Positions 1 through 13,339 of a DNA stretch of 64,000 bases are shown here, piece by piece. This DNA comes from Nemertoderma westbladi (Eukaryota; Animalia; Xenacoelomorpha): positions 1-64,000 of the forward strand of contig JAUCBJ010007299.1 in the NCBI GenBank assembly GCA_032718475.1. The letters are read 5' to 3'. The translations under genes and the position numbers were made by a program. The notes under the pieces are model-generated. The model was not told the DNA's origin, made no database searches, and saw only the letters and a program-made list of their open reading frames with translations. Every line of letters begins with the position of its first letter. Within the stretch, counting starts at the first letter, position 1.

Positions 1-3000
1 CTCGCTGGTATTCGACCTTCCTCCACTCCCGACGAAGTCGATGGTGGAGTCGTCCTATGATTTTTAATAGGACTGTAGGGGTATTTCCGTAATCAAGTTG
101 TCCAATTGATCTTAAGGTAGTGATAGCGTTCTTGATTTCGTCAGCTAGTTTTAGTAAGTCGACGGGTTTAGTGATAGCCCCTCCCTTACAGAGTTCTTCT
201 ATTACTGACCTGGCCATACTCACTGTACCTCCGTATATCGAAGTCAAACGATCGTACGCTAGTTCGAAAGCGTCTGGTACACCGACGAAAGTCTCCGCCA
301 AACGTTTAGGTTCTCCTGACAACGTTTGGAGCAGGTAATTGAACTTCTCCCGTGATGTAAAGGCGCACACGGCGATCTGGGATTCGATATAGTCTACGAA
401 GGTATGCCAGTGTTTTGAGCTACCGGAGAACTTCGGTGGTTGTTGTACCGGCAATCCCTGTCTGGCTGCGAATTTCGCTATCTCCTCGGCAACGTTCAGA
501 GTTTCGCGTCCTTGGTTGGTAGTCTGGTTGATGTTCTCCCTTCTTGGCGCTTTTCCCTGATACGATGTGGGGTTTGAAGGTACCGGTCTTTGTGGTCCCT
601 TCGGGTGTCTATTGTGTTCGAATTCGGAATTTCTCGAACTGTCGGTGTAACCTTCCTCCAGACGTTCCTCAATCCGGGCCAACTTGTTGACAATGTCGGC
701 GAACTGTTGCGCACCGATCGCGCCCGCTGGTGGTAACGCCTTCTGTGTCGGTGTATTCTGTGGAGGATTGTCTGCAAAGGAGTTGTCTGAACGCTCGCGT
801 TTATATTCATCGGCCGCCCCCGTTCTAAATACCTCGCGTATCGGGTAATCCGATTCGCTCGAAGTACTACTATCATCTGGATATGGTGGTCGACGTGCTC
901 GCGTTCGTTGCGTCGTACGAATTCTAACGGTTCGTTTCGGAACATCGTCCACTGATCTCCGTTGTTCGGTAGGCTCACAAGTCTTCCTCGAAGTCGTAGA
1001 TTGCGATGTAAACTGGTTGAACGGTCGCGTCTCCACTGTTCTCCGTTGTTCGGTAGGCTCACAAGTCTTCCTCGAAGTCGTAGATTGCGATGTAAATTGG
1101 TTGAACGGTCGCGTCTCCACTGTTCTCCGTTGTTCGGTAGGCTCACAAGTCTTCCTCGAAGTCGTAGATTGCGATGTAAACTGAACCGGTGGGCGAATGA
1201 CAGCATTTGAAACAACTGGCCTTGTAGGTCGAAACGTCATTGGGTAAGCGTAATGTGTAACGGGTTTAGGTGTCAAAGGTGGACTCACCTGTTTTGTCGT
1301 CAGTAGCGCAGGTCCGGTCAATAAACTACTACGATCTGTAATCGGTGGGTTACTTACCTTGACTCTCGGAATAGGCGACGACGTTGCTCTTGGTGGTATA
1401 AACTCGTTCGGAATAACAAACCTGTGTTCCGTCGCACCATGGATAGGAGAAATATCACTACTACCCGCAATCGAAACAGGTTCCTTAGTCGTAACCGGTG
1501 CAAACATATGAGTTACCTGTGGGAATCGTTGACACACGTCTTTTACTAATTGTCGTTCCCGTCCGGGTGCTCCTACGCTTCCTTCCTTCTTCCGTTCCTG
1601 AATTTGGCGATGTCTTACCTCTAACTGGTCCAAATCATGTCCGTCGCGAGATCTCATCGATCTATCGCGGGCTAGAAGATCCAGATTTTCCTTAGTTTCG
1701 GCTAATTCTCTCGCCCTCTTCTCAAGTTCGAAACGAAGTTTAACTTCCTTTTCTCGTTGTTCCGTTTGTTGTTGTTGCGCCTCGAACTCTGCTTGTCGTA
1801 TCGCTTGTTGGGCTTTTATTTGCCGTGTCTTCATCTCGACTCTGGCTTCCGAAACTACTCTTTGTCGCTCTAACTCTGCCGCAGCCGTTTGTCGCTCTAA
1901 CTCTGCCGCAGCCGTTTGTCGCTCTAACTCAGCCGCTGCAGCTGCCGCTGCCGTTTGTCGCTCTAACTCGGCCGCTGCCGCTGCCGTTTGTCGCTCTAAC
2001 TCGGCTGTTGCCGTTCGTTGCGCTAACTCGGCCGTTGCCGCTTGTTGGGCAATGTCCAACTCTAACCTTTCCATTTCGGCCGCTTCGAGTTCGGCTTGTT
2101 CCTGCAGATGAGAGATTCTCGCTACATTCGCAACACGTATTTTCTCTTCCTCTACTGCTGTTTGTATCATTAGAAGTTGAGCTTGTTCTTCTATCTCGTG
2201 TTGCTGTCTGTAGAACTGCTGCTGTTGTCGAGCAACTTCTGACGTGACTATACTTCCTTCGCAGATTTCGCTACGAATACTTACCAATGATTGATTTAGT
2301 ATTCCCGGTGCCGATTCGATTTGTGCGAATGAAGTTTCCCTCGTGTATTCCGGCACGGTTTCCAAATCGCCGACGTCTTCGCCGCACATGCGTAAGTGGT
2401 CCGTCAGATGTTTCAATTGTCCATCCAGTCGGTACAATTCCTGTTCTTCCTCGGGTTGTAATAATTCGTCCGAAACTGACTCACCTAACAACTGGTCCGC
2501 TTGTTCCTGTTGTATCTGTCTAATCGTCGACTTAAACTGAATCAGTTTCTCTCTAGTGATCATTAGTTTCTCGAGGATTCTAAGTTGAGTATCCATGTCC
2601 TGTCTCTGTCTAGCTAGATCTTGTAGGCCAACTAGATTATCTACGGACTTATATACTTTACTCTGTACTCTAACCTGGAGGGTGTAGAACTCGAATCGAG
2701 ACATCGGAGCGGTCAACCCGTCTAATATGCGTTGGCCTTCTCCAATACTCCTGGTTATATGCGCCATGTATCCACCGACGCTTCTAACCACACTTTCTGT
2801 GCTTCCTGCTGAACTTACCAATTCCGTTTCCCTATATCTAGGTTGCGGAACAGTTAGAAAGTCCTCGGTCCTGCCGTCGCCTCGTACTACGGCATCCGGT
2901 ACTCCCGTTGGATGTACTGGTGACGCACACGGTGTAGGTTCGGTAGGCTCGCGAGTCTTCCCCTGTGGTTCTTCCGCTGCTGACTTATCCGCGTCACATG

Positions 3001-3049
3001 AGTCATAGTCGGTTTGTGTATTCTTCGTATAGTCTTGTTTGTCACTCAT
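1..3049 (-). CDS. Gag(-Pol) polyprotein N-terminal part of element A, open to the window edge
   Basis: ATG at 3049 (MSDKQDY, as in B). Frame stays in register at position 10 (..EYQR). Contains Ala/Glu coiled-coil repeats, 28-aa repeats and the PPKFSGSSKHWHTF Pao gag motif. Absent from the ORF track, presumably because no stop falls inside the window. Confidence 0.85.
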   Translation of the reverse strand, partial: MSDKQDYTKNTQTDYDSCDADKSAAEEPQGKTREPTEPTPCASPVHPTGVPDAVVRGDGRTEDFLTVPQPRYRETELVSSAGSTESVVRSVGGYMAHITRSIGEGQRILDGLTAPMSRFEFYTLQVRVQSKVYKSVDNLVGLQDLARQRQDMDTQLRILEKLMITREKLIQFKSTIRQIQQEQADQLLGESVSDELLQPEEEQELYRLDGQLKHLTDHLRMCGEDVGDLETVPEYTRETSFAQIESAPGILNQSLVSIRSEICEGSIVTSEVARQQQQFYRQQHEIEEQAQLLMIQTAVEEEKIRVANVARISHLQEQAELEAAEMERLELDIAQQAATAELAQRTATAELERQTAAAAAELERQTAAAAAAAELERQTAAAELERQTAAAELERQRVVSEARVEMKTRQIKAQQAIRQAEFEAQQQQTEQREKEVKLRFELEKRARELAETKENLDLLARDRSMRSRDGHDLDQLEVRHRQIQERKKEGSVGAPGRERQLVKDVCQRFPQVTHMFAPVTTKEPVSIAGSSDISPIHGATEHRFVIPNEFIPPRATSSPIPRVKVSNPPITDRSSLLTGPALLTTKQVSPPLTPKPVTHYAYPMTFRPTRPVVSNAVIRPPVQFTSQSTTSRKTCEPTEQRRTVETRPFNQFTSQSTTSRKTCEPTEQRRTVETRPFNQFTSQSTTSRKTCEPTEQRRSVDDVPKRTVRIRTTQRTRARRPPYPDDSSTSSESDYPIREVFRTGAADEYKRERSDNSFADNPPQNTPTQKALPPAGAIGAQQFADIVNKLARIEERLEEGYTDSSRNSEFEHNRHPKGPQRPVPSNPTSYQGKAPRRENINQTTNQGRETLNVAEEIAKFAARQGLPVQQPPKFSGSSKHWHTFVDYIESQIAVCAFTSREKFNYLLQTLSGEPKRLAETFVGVPDAFELAYDRLTSIYGGTVSMARSVIEELCKGGAITKPVDLLKLADEIKNAITTLRSIGQLDYGNTPTVLLKIIGRLHHRLRREWRKVEYQR

Positions 3050-3882
3050 TTCGGTAGTTGTAAGTCAAGTGAAGTGAGTGTAAAAGTATCGAGTTTACCG
3101 TATTTGTATAAAACGGTACTAATTACAGTCATATAAAATTAGCCTACCGGCCGATTTTATAGCAGATGGATAAAATTAGCCTAAACGGCCAATTTTACAG
3201 CAAATAAATGTCACGGAATAAGTATATAATAAAATTAGCCTAGCGGCCAATTTTACAACAAATAAATCGGATAACGATATGCGTTATCAAAAGGTAAATT
3301 AAATACAATAATACGGACTAATTCAGCAATGAACAAAGAAATCATACGGAATGCATAAATACTTGAGACAGTGGAACCCACAATAATTTTAACTAATACG
3401 GTAATGCCTAACTTATTTATGCAACTTTTCGAACTCACCCACTCCAATAATTCTCCAGAAAAACAGATTCCCAGATACAAACCGGACGTGAACCTTTCCG
3501 TTTTTAACGTTGCGGACGAAACGCGATTTTCCCAACCAAAGTTGTTGGGTTATCTATCTCCCAAACTTGCTAAACACGGTCTTGCTCCCGTTACAGTCTA
3601 GAAATGAGTTCTGAATCCTGAAAAACAAAAGAGTTAGGTTTTACTTTACGAAATTTTGTACCGGTACAATATGGTATTTAAACCCTTTTAAACACCGGTA
3701 TTCAATTCCAAAATATTTTACACGCGGTTCAAATCAAATTTTATTTCAAAAAATTAGCACTTAGCTAATCAAATATAAATTTTTACCTCAAAATACAAAA
3801 TTTTCAAATAACTTTAGTCCTACCGAACCGTAGTTCAGTAAAACATATTCCTACTAAATTGGAGAGATACGCCTATTCCTAC

Positions 3883-5764
3883 TATCGGAAGAGACGGTAA
3901 CAATACCTGCAATATCCTACTGTAAAGTTTGTAAATCAAATCATAAATCCGACCTTCTCACCAAAACAGTAAACCCCAAGTAAGCGAATATATTGCAGTA
4001 TCGATCTCTTTTAACCGGTGAGGCAGAAAACAGTCTACGAGCAGACAAACTTCGATAAAACAAAATCCCGCGCAGCGAATCCTAAAATCAGGCTGACTCA
4101 CTGACGGACTAAGGGGCTCGTATACTTTGCCGCGGTGTGATTTATATGGTTGGGCAAAGAGACGCTAGCTAGGTACAGAGGCAGATATTTGGAGGTGTCT
4201 AACTAGCGAGCAAAGTGCAGTAAGGACGAAAGTTAATTTTATATATTTTGAGGTGTAAATAATTTCTAACGCGCGTGTGTTAATTCTGAACGGTCAAAAG
4301 CAGTTTTGCTCCTTCACATATATAATTACTGGGTACGGTGTGCATTTTACGAATATTCTAATTTGTAACTTGTAGGTCCAATACTCACGAATGATAAGGT
4401 TCCTTCCCCTCTTGCGTATTTCCAGGACTCAAATTCAGGCATAAGGTTAATACTACGCCCAGAATTCGGCAATTTTAGGTACCAGGTCCCTGATACTAAG
4501 AAGAGATGTGTTAGTTTACTACTGTAGGCGTACGGGTACTAATAGCTATCCTGGCTCCTATCTAGAATTTTAGTCACCCAGGTAGTCCGGGTAACTTCCT
4601 ATTAGGGCGTTGGCGGGACACGGTAGATGTTAGTATATCCCTGATAGCCTCAATTTATTTGCGCCTAGCGTAAACTGCCCTACCGCCTGAACGGTACAAT
4701 CCCAATTCAGGTGAAAACACAGCAACCCCCTAGCCTACAAGTTCTGATGTAACGGACACCGTTGTACGGCAAATAGTCGCACACACACCTGTACTTAGCA
4801 AGAGTTAAGCGTACAGTTTGCTGCACCCTAACCAATGTGTATGCCTTGTACCGGTGTGCCTACGTCCTATCTGCGTACTAGTATCTGCTCTCTCTCCCTC
4901 TCCCCCGTAGGAATATGAAGGTCTACTGCGGTTTTTCCCTGAATCAAGACAGTACAGTCCCTATGATGTAATTTTGGGCTCACAGCGTGTCACTACGTCT
5001 ACCTTTGATCTTTTGGTCTTACACTTAGGTAGCAAGGATCGAACGCTGTCTAACCTTTCAGGCGATGGGCGAATAACGCTAGATGGTATTGCGGGTTGTC
5101 TCTCGTCTACATTCCCGTGATGTTCCCGTTCATTGCTGTGGCCCGATCTCTAGCTGGCCATCCTGTCCCTGAGTTTGTTCACCGTAGTGAAACCATATTA
5201 AAACAGATAGAAAGGCTGAGAGATGTGACTAGTATTTCTGACTTTATTACAAAACATATAATAACTATTATACAATAAACAATGTAATCTGAAATAAGAC
5301 AGAAAGTGAATGATGGAAAATTGAATAACTAATGAACGAATCGCACCTTTATATACTAAATTTGTGCCGCAATCAATCGAGAAAATTCTCGATTGTTCTA
5401 TAGATTCTAACAAGGTTTTAAAGATAGCTATTGGTCCAGCTAATATATAACTTGCACGACATTGGTTACAATCAAATAACTACAGCCTTATTGGTACAGA
5501 CAAATGCAATTAATTTGTAGCGGTTAATTTAAATGAGTTGAAATTCTACACAAAAAATAATTCGCACTTACTAGGATTTGAACTCGATACCTACTATACT
5601 TATAATTTCCAACGCTCTACCAACTGAGCTACTGAACCACTTGACCGATAGATGCATAATAGATAGAACCAATACGAATGAGAACTCAAAGCAATCTTTA
5701 CAAAGTTAATTCGAATAAAATAAATTTTTGAAAATCCACGGCATTTAGGGAATATAATTCTATA
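3883..5764 (-). repeat. 5' LTR of element A (1882 bp, TATAGAA...CCGATA)
   Basis: Aligns end to end with the two 1881-bp LTRs of B. Confidence 0.92.
5552..5638 (-). ncRNA. tRNA-like Pol III cassette in the U3 of element A's LTR
   Basis: A box TAGCTCAGTTGG, D-arm GCTC/GAGC, B box GAGTTCAAATCC, followed by T6. Confidence 0.6.
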
Positions 5765-5960
5765 CCCAATGAATTCTTTCTCTCAATTCGAGCGTTATGT
5801 TCACCACCCCATAACGCTAATTATTATTGTTCCCCACTACACAGCTACGTATTTCCAATTATAGCTGCTTGATCCCCATTACAGTTGCTTGTTTGCAAGA
5901 AAATTGTGACGGGCTTTTTATACTATACTGCATATAGCTGGATTCCTGCCAGTAACTTAC

Positions 5961-6087
5961 CACATAATAATATAAGTCATTGTTAAGGATACAGAACTTA
6001 GAGCTGTAAAGAAGTCTTTAACCGGCTTAGCTTTGTCACCCAATGAGCTACATGTTGCACCGAAGACAATGCTGAAGACGAGGAGAC
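5961..6087 (-). CDS. SLC1A/EAAT-family amino acid transporter, coding exon 4
   Basis: Acceptor tacag, donor gtaagt. Encodes GLLVFSIVFGATCSSLGDKAKPVKDFFTALSSVSLTMTYIIMW (TM5 region). Phase matches exon 3. Confidence 0.9.
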
Positions 6088-7639
6088 CTGTACGAGTATA
6101 TCGTAAGTATAATCAATGAGAAAAAAAATCGAGAAAAAATAAAATGTTTTGCCTAATTCGACATTTAATGACGAAAATATTTTTTTAGAAAGTAAATGTA
6201 AAAAGTAGTTATTGAAAAAAAGGAACAATAGTATCAAAAAGGTCTTGACTGTTAATGTATGTGGGCAGTTGTGTGGCTTCAATTTTGTACAGTATGTGTA
6301 TTGTAAGGTACTTTTGCGATCTTGTTTAAATGTTTAATGTTTAACGTATAGAAAGCCAAAGCTTGTTGTACCTGTACAAGTAAATTAACAATTTAACCCT
6401 AAAATTTATATTACTAATAAAGCTAATTATCTAAAACTGTTTAGATATTGGTACTGGTAATTAAGTGGAGTGAGAACTGCACTATTTAAATTAAAAATAC
6501 GAATGAAATGAATTTGGTCGCCGTTTAAGATTAAAAACACACACGAACTTAAAATAAAATAAGGGGTGATTTAAAAGAAAGGAAGGATCGTTAGAGCATT
6601 ACAGATAATACGTACAAAATATCTTGTATTTATATAAACTGAAAAAATAAAAATAAATTATTTAAAAATAAAAAATATAATATAATATAAAAAATAATTA
6701 TGTTAAAACAATGATAATGAGTGATAGAAGGGCATTATTATTTATTTAATTCAGGCAACAATTAATTTATTTATTGCACAAATTAATATCAACCCATAGT
6801 AAAAAAGACAATAGCACATTAATATTACAAAGTGTAAAATATGTATGTAATTATGTTGCCATTTTTAGAAATAAAGTTTGACTTTCTTCATTAAAATAGG
6901 TAATAATATTTAATTATATATATTTAATTATTATATATAATAATTAATAATAATATTTATCTAGGTTATCATAGCACAATTAATTGATCATTTCTAATAT
7001 TCTGGATGTAATACATGTCGCATGATGCACTTGATGAATAAGTTTATTGGTGGACTCAGTTATTCTGGTAAATAAGCTACTAATACTTCTATGCCGTATA
7101 TGAATTATGAATAGTTCATGTGGGGTTCCACCACGATGATTTAGTCAATCCAGAGGTAAATGTTTATATAGTTCGTATTCAGGCTGAATATTATCTATAT
7201 CTGAATATACCTCGTATTTAACGAGGGTGAGGTGAGTACATCATTGGTCAATTGCATCTACATCATTGCAGCCAGCAGGAACAGCCATATAACAAATGTA
7301 TCAAGCTCGCCTTCAGCTAGCAGCATGGTTCAGTGAAATCCCTCCTTTAAGAATGGTGCGGCTGAATCATTAATTTTAAAATGATGTATAAAATCAACAA
7401 ATGCATTTGGTGTAATATCACTTAATGATCATCTTTATCTTTCTTGCACTTCTCGCTTGAGAAACAAAATCATTTGCTGCATAGCGCTGTCTTGTACTAC
7501 TAATATCAATGCTGTTAAACTTTTCCGATGATGTAAATCTTACACTTGTTTTCCTCGTGAACTATACCTAAACCTACATGAATACACAACAAATGCTACT
7601 TTTCCATAATGAGTTACATTACCTTTCAATAAAACTCAC

Positions 7640-7749
7640 CCATTATGTTTGATCCTGGCATATAAGTTGGCGTTGGTAATTTCTCCTTAACAACCACATT
7701 CTTCTCTGTTGTATTCTCATTTGTAAAGTTCGTCATATCAACTACCTGC
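7640..7749 (-). CDS. SLC1A/EAAT-family transporter, coding exon 3
   Basis: Acceptor tgtag, donor gtgagt. Encodes QVVDMTNFTNENTTEKNVVVKEKLPTPTYMPGSNIMG (loop with N-glycosylation sites plus G-x-N-[IV]-x-G). Phases are consistent with flanking exons. Confidence 0.88.
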
Positions 7750-8104
7750 CTACATGAAGCAAGAATTAATAAACATTGAACTCATTATTAAATCAGAATG
7801 ATGTATTTATAAGGGGGAAAGCAGAGGCCCTCCTTCAGATATTTTCTACAATGGAGTAGAAAAAGTTTTATTCCAGGAAATTCCTCTTTAATGGATTTAA
7901 ATCTGGAGTTTCAGGAGATTATTCCTACAAATCCATGAATGAAAGCGAAATAAAGTGAAACTTATTTTTTCAAAGTGTCATTGGGAAAAAAAGTATATTT
8001 GTTTTCCATGTAATAAATAAATACAATTAAAATCGTTTCTTTTCTTTAATTATATTTTTCAAATTAAAACAATTAACTACACTAGGATTGATATATATTT
8101 AATA

Positions 8105-9993
8105 TCTATCCACTCTCCAGTGAGTTAAAATATGCTTTATAAATTTAATATAATAAATTACTGTTTAAATAATGTAGTGGAAGATTTATAAATATTCTAT
8201 CAATAATGTATCAATCTACGGCAATCAATCAATCAATAATCAATCTTTGGCTCCAAACTAACGGAACAGCAATGGGACCAAAAAACGCTTGTTCACATGC
8301 ACATATAGTCCCTTAAAATGTAGATAATAAAGTTGAGTTATCTAAAGATAATTATACTGAAATGTGTGTTTTTCTGTTATGCCCCCCCCCCCCATTCCTG
8401 TTACCCCCCAGAATTTCCTCTTACCCCCTCGACCATTCCTGTTACCCCCCCCCCCCCCATCACACTTGTTAGTCCTGCTACCCCCCCCCCCCATCACACT
8501 AGTTAGTCCTGTTACCCCCCCCCTCCCACAGTGCTGTAACCCCCCATTCCTTTTACCCCCCCTTCAAACTACTGATTCCTGTTACTCCCCATATTGGATA
8601 TTATTTGGAGGATATATGCGCTAGTGATATTGATATTTTTACATACGATATAAAACAAAGGTTATTGTTTTGGTTAGAAAAAGCCGTCTCTGTAACCTGT
8701 TCCTTTCCCTCAATTCGTAACAACATCGTTTATTGTTTTGGTTAGAGAACCCGTCTCTGTAACCTGCTCCTTTCCCTCAATTGGTAACTAAAATGGTTAC
8801 TAACATGAATCATTTTCTGTCATTTCTGTCATATCTGTCATTTCATTGGTTGATTCACTAATTAATAACTGTGCATTTTGTAGAACAACATAATTCAAAC
8901 ATTGAAGTAGGGTGTCTCCCGTTTCAGTTGATAGACCAACTTACTAATAGTAATTTGGAGTTAATACGAAAGTGTGATACTTTTTAGATAGGCACATTGT
9001 TAACTAATGTAAGCGTTTTAAACCTATACCGGTACCTTAATTCATCGCACGACTTCGCTCAACAATAAATGTTGGTGAACTGATAATGCCGACTTTAGGG
9101 TGTTGAGTGATTACAAAAATTGTATTTATGCGATTTTTATTAATATGTTTATGATTTATGTAGTACTTTTAATTGCTGTTTGGTTGAATTTTTTTATTGA
9201 TATTCCCTGCTGATAGTCCTAAAGTCAGATATATTGATCGGACAAACAAAACCTAAACAATATTAGTGTTTTATTTATCTCTATAATTGGGAATTGAATT
9301 GTCGATACATATTTGTTAAATCTGTCTGGATTAATATGAAGTTGGATGCTAACAGTTGTAGTTTGGCCTTGCGTGAGACATCGTTGATATATCGTTGTAT
9401 ATTTTCGGTGTACAATGGAAGATGCAAAATTATGATTATACATTATTTCACTCAAAGGTATTTTTTGTCTACATTTTAATTTGTGAGAAACTAACATTTT
9501 CTCAACAAGTGTACTGTACCTTCGGTAATACAAGTAGGCCTATATCTTGGTGTACACTTTTTCTACCAATATATACGATTATCATGTTTGCTTATATTTT
9601 TTGTGTACACTCGAATATGCTAAATTATGATTATACAGTATTTCAATTCGAGGTATTTTTTGTCTAGAGTGGCATATGTGAAACTAATATTTTCTCAATA
9701 TGTTTTTTGTACTTTCGATAATATAAGCATGATTTAGTCTGCACTATTGCGAACAATATACATGACTATTATGTTTAACGTAAATATGGTAATTTTGGGA
9801 TTCTAAGTAATTAGCATATGATCAAATGTTTTTGGTCCCATTGCAGTTCCTTCAGTTTGGAGGCAAAGTTCCCCTTGGTAGATTGATACATCGTTGTTTA
9901 GAATATTTTAAATCTTCCACTACAATATTTAACATTTATTTATTATATTAAATTTATAACGCATATTTTTTAACTCACTGGTGTAGTGGATAG
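8105..9993. mobile_element. Non-autonomous foldback/TIR DNA transposon relic
   Basis: About 200-bp degenerate inverted repeats at 8105-8300 and 9814-9993 (tctatccact..cagtgagttaaaa / ttttaactcactgg..agtggataga). Internal C-rich and short direct repeats; no ORF. Confidence 0.6.
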
Positions 9994-10589
9994 AGCCGAA
10001 TATATATATATATATAAAATATATCATTTAATTACTAACACATTTATATTGCACAGTTTTATGACAAATTTTATACAATTTAATATTGGTTCAGTGTATA
10101 CTGTACTACCGGTACTTATATTAATATAACGCGCCTATATTTTTTTTAGTTCACGCTGGCGATGCTAAATTATGATAATGAAGATTTACAAGGTAATTTT
10201 TGTCTACACCAGCATGAGTGAAACTAACGTTTTCTGAAATACAGTATTTTATTTCAAGGTATTTTTTGGTCTACACTAATATTTTCATAGTTTAATATTT
10301 TTTGCAATTTAGTTTTCTACCTCGCACTGGCTAAACGCTAAACTATCATTATACTGTATTTCTTCCAAGTTATTGGTAATCTACTTCAGCAAATAATTGA
10401 ATGACCAGGCAGCATACTCAGCACGCGGTTGCTGGCAAGGACTGAATACCACACATGACATTCCCTAGTCCCAGAGGGCTGTTATCTCATACTACGTGTA
10501 GTCAGTCAAGTCAGTCAAGCAACTGCAAATATTAATATTTTACATTATTATTGAGAAAAGCAGTTGTTGAACGTTGAAACAATACTTAC

Positions 10590-10752
10590 CTGTAATCAGT
10601 TTTATATTGTGTAAATGCAGCTTCAATAAGATTATCAGGAACAAGATTTCTAATGATATCCAATAGACTATCTACTGTGTCAATGGGTGGTGTTGGACCT
10701 TCATCAAATTCTCCCATTCCTCCAGGAATATGCAAACCTGGATTACGCGATC
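10590..10752 (-). CDS. SLC1A/EAAT-family transporter, coding exon 2
   Basis: Acceptor tgcag, donor gtaagt. Encodes ..DTVDSLLDIIRNLVPDNLIEAAFTQYKTDY, the DLIRNxxPxNLVxA family motif. Phase 1 start matches exon 1. Confidence 0.92.
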
Positions 10753-10822
10753 CTGCAGTTAAAAGCATAAGCTTAAACTTATGTATAAGAAAGTTGAACC
10801 TAATAATATATACTACCACTAC

Positions 10823-12010
10823 TGTTCGCGCTTTCAGACCTTTGGCAGTTTAACCCGCCAAATTAGGATGTCTTCTAGATAATAATTCGCTTTTAGCCTA
10901 TGACAAGTATTTGATTCACTACACTAGTCGAAACCAATCTGTGCGCGATCATTCACCCGCTGGATATACCCGGGAGATTGGGTTCGACGGCTTAATCGTA
11001 TTGCTATGTAGGCCTAATGTATTATTCGACTGACAGTATTATATAATCTCTGACAATATTATTCACCTTCGGGAAATATTAACAGTTCCTTTTGGACGTG
11101 GCGCTCTATCTATATAAACAGAGCTATGACTTAAACTACATGCAACGATATGGCTTAGTTACAATTCACATATATGGCGCATTCTTTAGGAAATGCTTCG
11201 TTATCAGTCTCACTCATACACAATGCTGCACAATACTGCACACTGATCTGCCGATCGTCACTGATTTTAGTCACATATAAAAGGAACACGGACCGAATCA
11301 TGTAGGGTCTATCAAATAACATTAGATTCACTTCAAACCACTTTAACATAAGTCACAATCGTTATATGTAACCTTTCTCTCTTACCTTCGGTATATCAAG
11401 AATATTGGGTTTTCGGGGTTATTTATCGTTATTCCAAATATAATAATTCATCAACCATATTATAAAGAACTGACAGTAAATAGCAGTATAACAATATAAA
11501 AGTATGCACAGGTTGTTTGATTAGGTATGGTATGTTATGAGTTGAGGTATGTTTAGTTCATTAGTGTGATAACGGATATATGTCCTTATAATTAAGCCTA
11601 CTAGTGTAAGACTAAAAACTGAAAACACGGAGGTGCCAAAAGCCGGTTCTTAGGCTCTGGGCAAAACATAACACTGAACTACTGAGTTTCTGTATACACC
11701 TCCAACACAGAGACAACAAACGCTCTGATTGGTCAACCTGAACAACGATAGAACAAAGAAACAAAGAAACGTCGACGTGGCAATATCAGCTGTTAGCCGT
11801 CGTCATGGTAGCGCCACTGTTTTCAAGAGTATCCAGCTATTGCGTCACGAAATTACGGATTATGTCCTTTAAAGTACACATACAGAAGAAATGACTTTTA
11901 TGTCCTCTAAAACACCAGTACAGTAAGGACACGGCCTTTTTATGCCTGGTAAACCAACTACAGAGTACTTTACGGGAAAATAACCGGCTAATTACGCAAA
12001 AGCTTTTACA
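10823..12010 (-). repeat. 3' LTR of element C
   Basis: Direct repeat of 39525-40712; about 4 substitutions seen by eye. Confidence 0.95.
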
Positions 12011-12113
12011 CCGCTCCCAGAAAATGGGATTTAAGTCTATAAAATATAACAAATCACAGTTTCTAAAATATAAAGATACTCTAAACAGTTAGTCTTTCTT
12101 ACGCAGACGGCGT

Positions 12114-13334
12114 TTACGAGGTTTTTGAGGCTAGCAAGAGGCTTTTTCTCTTTGGGGGGAGCCACTTTACTAGGAGGGCCATAACTCCTGGGTGAAGGGT
12201 GCAATATGATTGCATCAGAAGGTGTAGAATTATGGTCGAGGTATCTGCCGTTTCGATATGCTTCTCCTCGAGCTGATTTTCCTCCGCTCGTAGCTGGATA
12301 CGTTCATCCAAAAACTCTCGCAGAGAATAGGATCGTCCAAGCTCGATAACTTCTTAGAGATTCTGGATTTCCCAATCGAATTGAGATAAGGCCAATTCGT
12401 TTATCGATTGGACTTACTGTTATAACTTACGTTTATCTGAACAAACGCAGGTTTCTTTTTTGATCTTTATAGAATAGCGTTTAACTCGTTTCGTACAACG
12501 CTCTCCTTCACCTTGATGAGGGGTTGTATCGCGTTAAACGGGGACGACCATACGGTTGGATAGTGATATTAGGTGTCCGCGTCACAATCCGGCTAGGTAA
12601 GATGGGCGGCTAGCTAGAAATCACTGTCGGAGTGTTACCGATTAATTGTTAGGGTAGCACTAGATCTTTGAACAGTGAATACAGTCCGCGAGGATCCGCG
12701 ACACCACCAGGATCGCAGGTCTGAGGTCCAACTAAGGAATGAGGAGATTTGACCGAGTATTCCGGGACTCTGATCGTAGGTTTACTCCAGGATCGTTCGA
12801 GCCGAGTGAGCATAGGTGATACGTCAAACAAGTTTCGCTCGAACTCCAGTAAATATAACGAGCACAACTGTGTTTAACACAACGTTTCCGTGGATGTTTA
12901 TGTCTTTCCGTTTATTGGCTGGGTCTAGGACATTTATCGTAATAATACCAAAGACGCACGTCTGGTAGGGGAAACGCGGATGATATTTATTTGTTGTTAC
13001 AATGCTTCTATCAAGAATTCCAAATATATGTTGGAGTTACCGCGTTTATTTGTTTCTTTAATGTCTTTTCTTTCGAGTCGATTTCGAATAGGATTTTCGC
13101 ATTAGAATTTTGGTTTATCGTTTCGACTCCTCTGGGTAGGATATGTTCGACATAGTCCGTATCGTGTAAATCGATAGAATGGCCAATGGTGAAGAAGTCC
13201 ATATACATACCATTACAATGCGTGTAGCGAGCGGTGAATTTTCCATAGTCCAATTCACGCGTAAGTTACTTCCAGGAAATCGTAGGTTCGATATAACGAC
13301 CATCATCCTTCGTAGTAGTTGGACTAGTATCACC
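12114..13334 (-). pseudogene. Degraded 3' accessory ORF of element C, split by insertion of B (continues at about 31151-31230)
   Basis: Protein-like fragments with stops and frameshifts (e.g. LTRELDYGKFTARYTHCNGMYMDFFTIGHSID). Same position as the accessory ORF of B. Confidence 0.4.
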
Positions 13335-13339
13335 GCGTA

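Larger units (their letters stand above)
1..5764 (-). mobile_element. BEL/Pao LTR retrotransposon, element A (5' part; runs off the left edge), same family as element B
   Basis: Reverse complement is colinear with B 13340-20245 (LTR, 5' UTR, gag) but lacks B's 18301-19523 insertion. Lies in intron 4 of the SLC1A gene. Confidence 0.95.

Noticed and set aside
1-5764. A and B as arms of one giant inverted repeat or an assembly duplication
   Set aside because: They differ by many substitutions, indels and repeat counts, and have separate flanks. They are independent insertions in opposite orientation.
7400-7575. Extra SLC1A exon after exon 3
   Set aside because: AG acceptors are present, but the translation is unlike SLC1 and stops early. 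Exon 3 joins exon 4 in phase without it.
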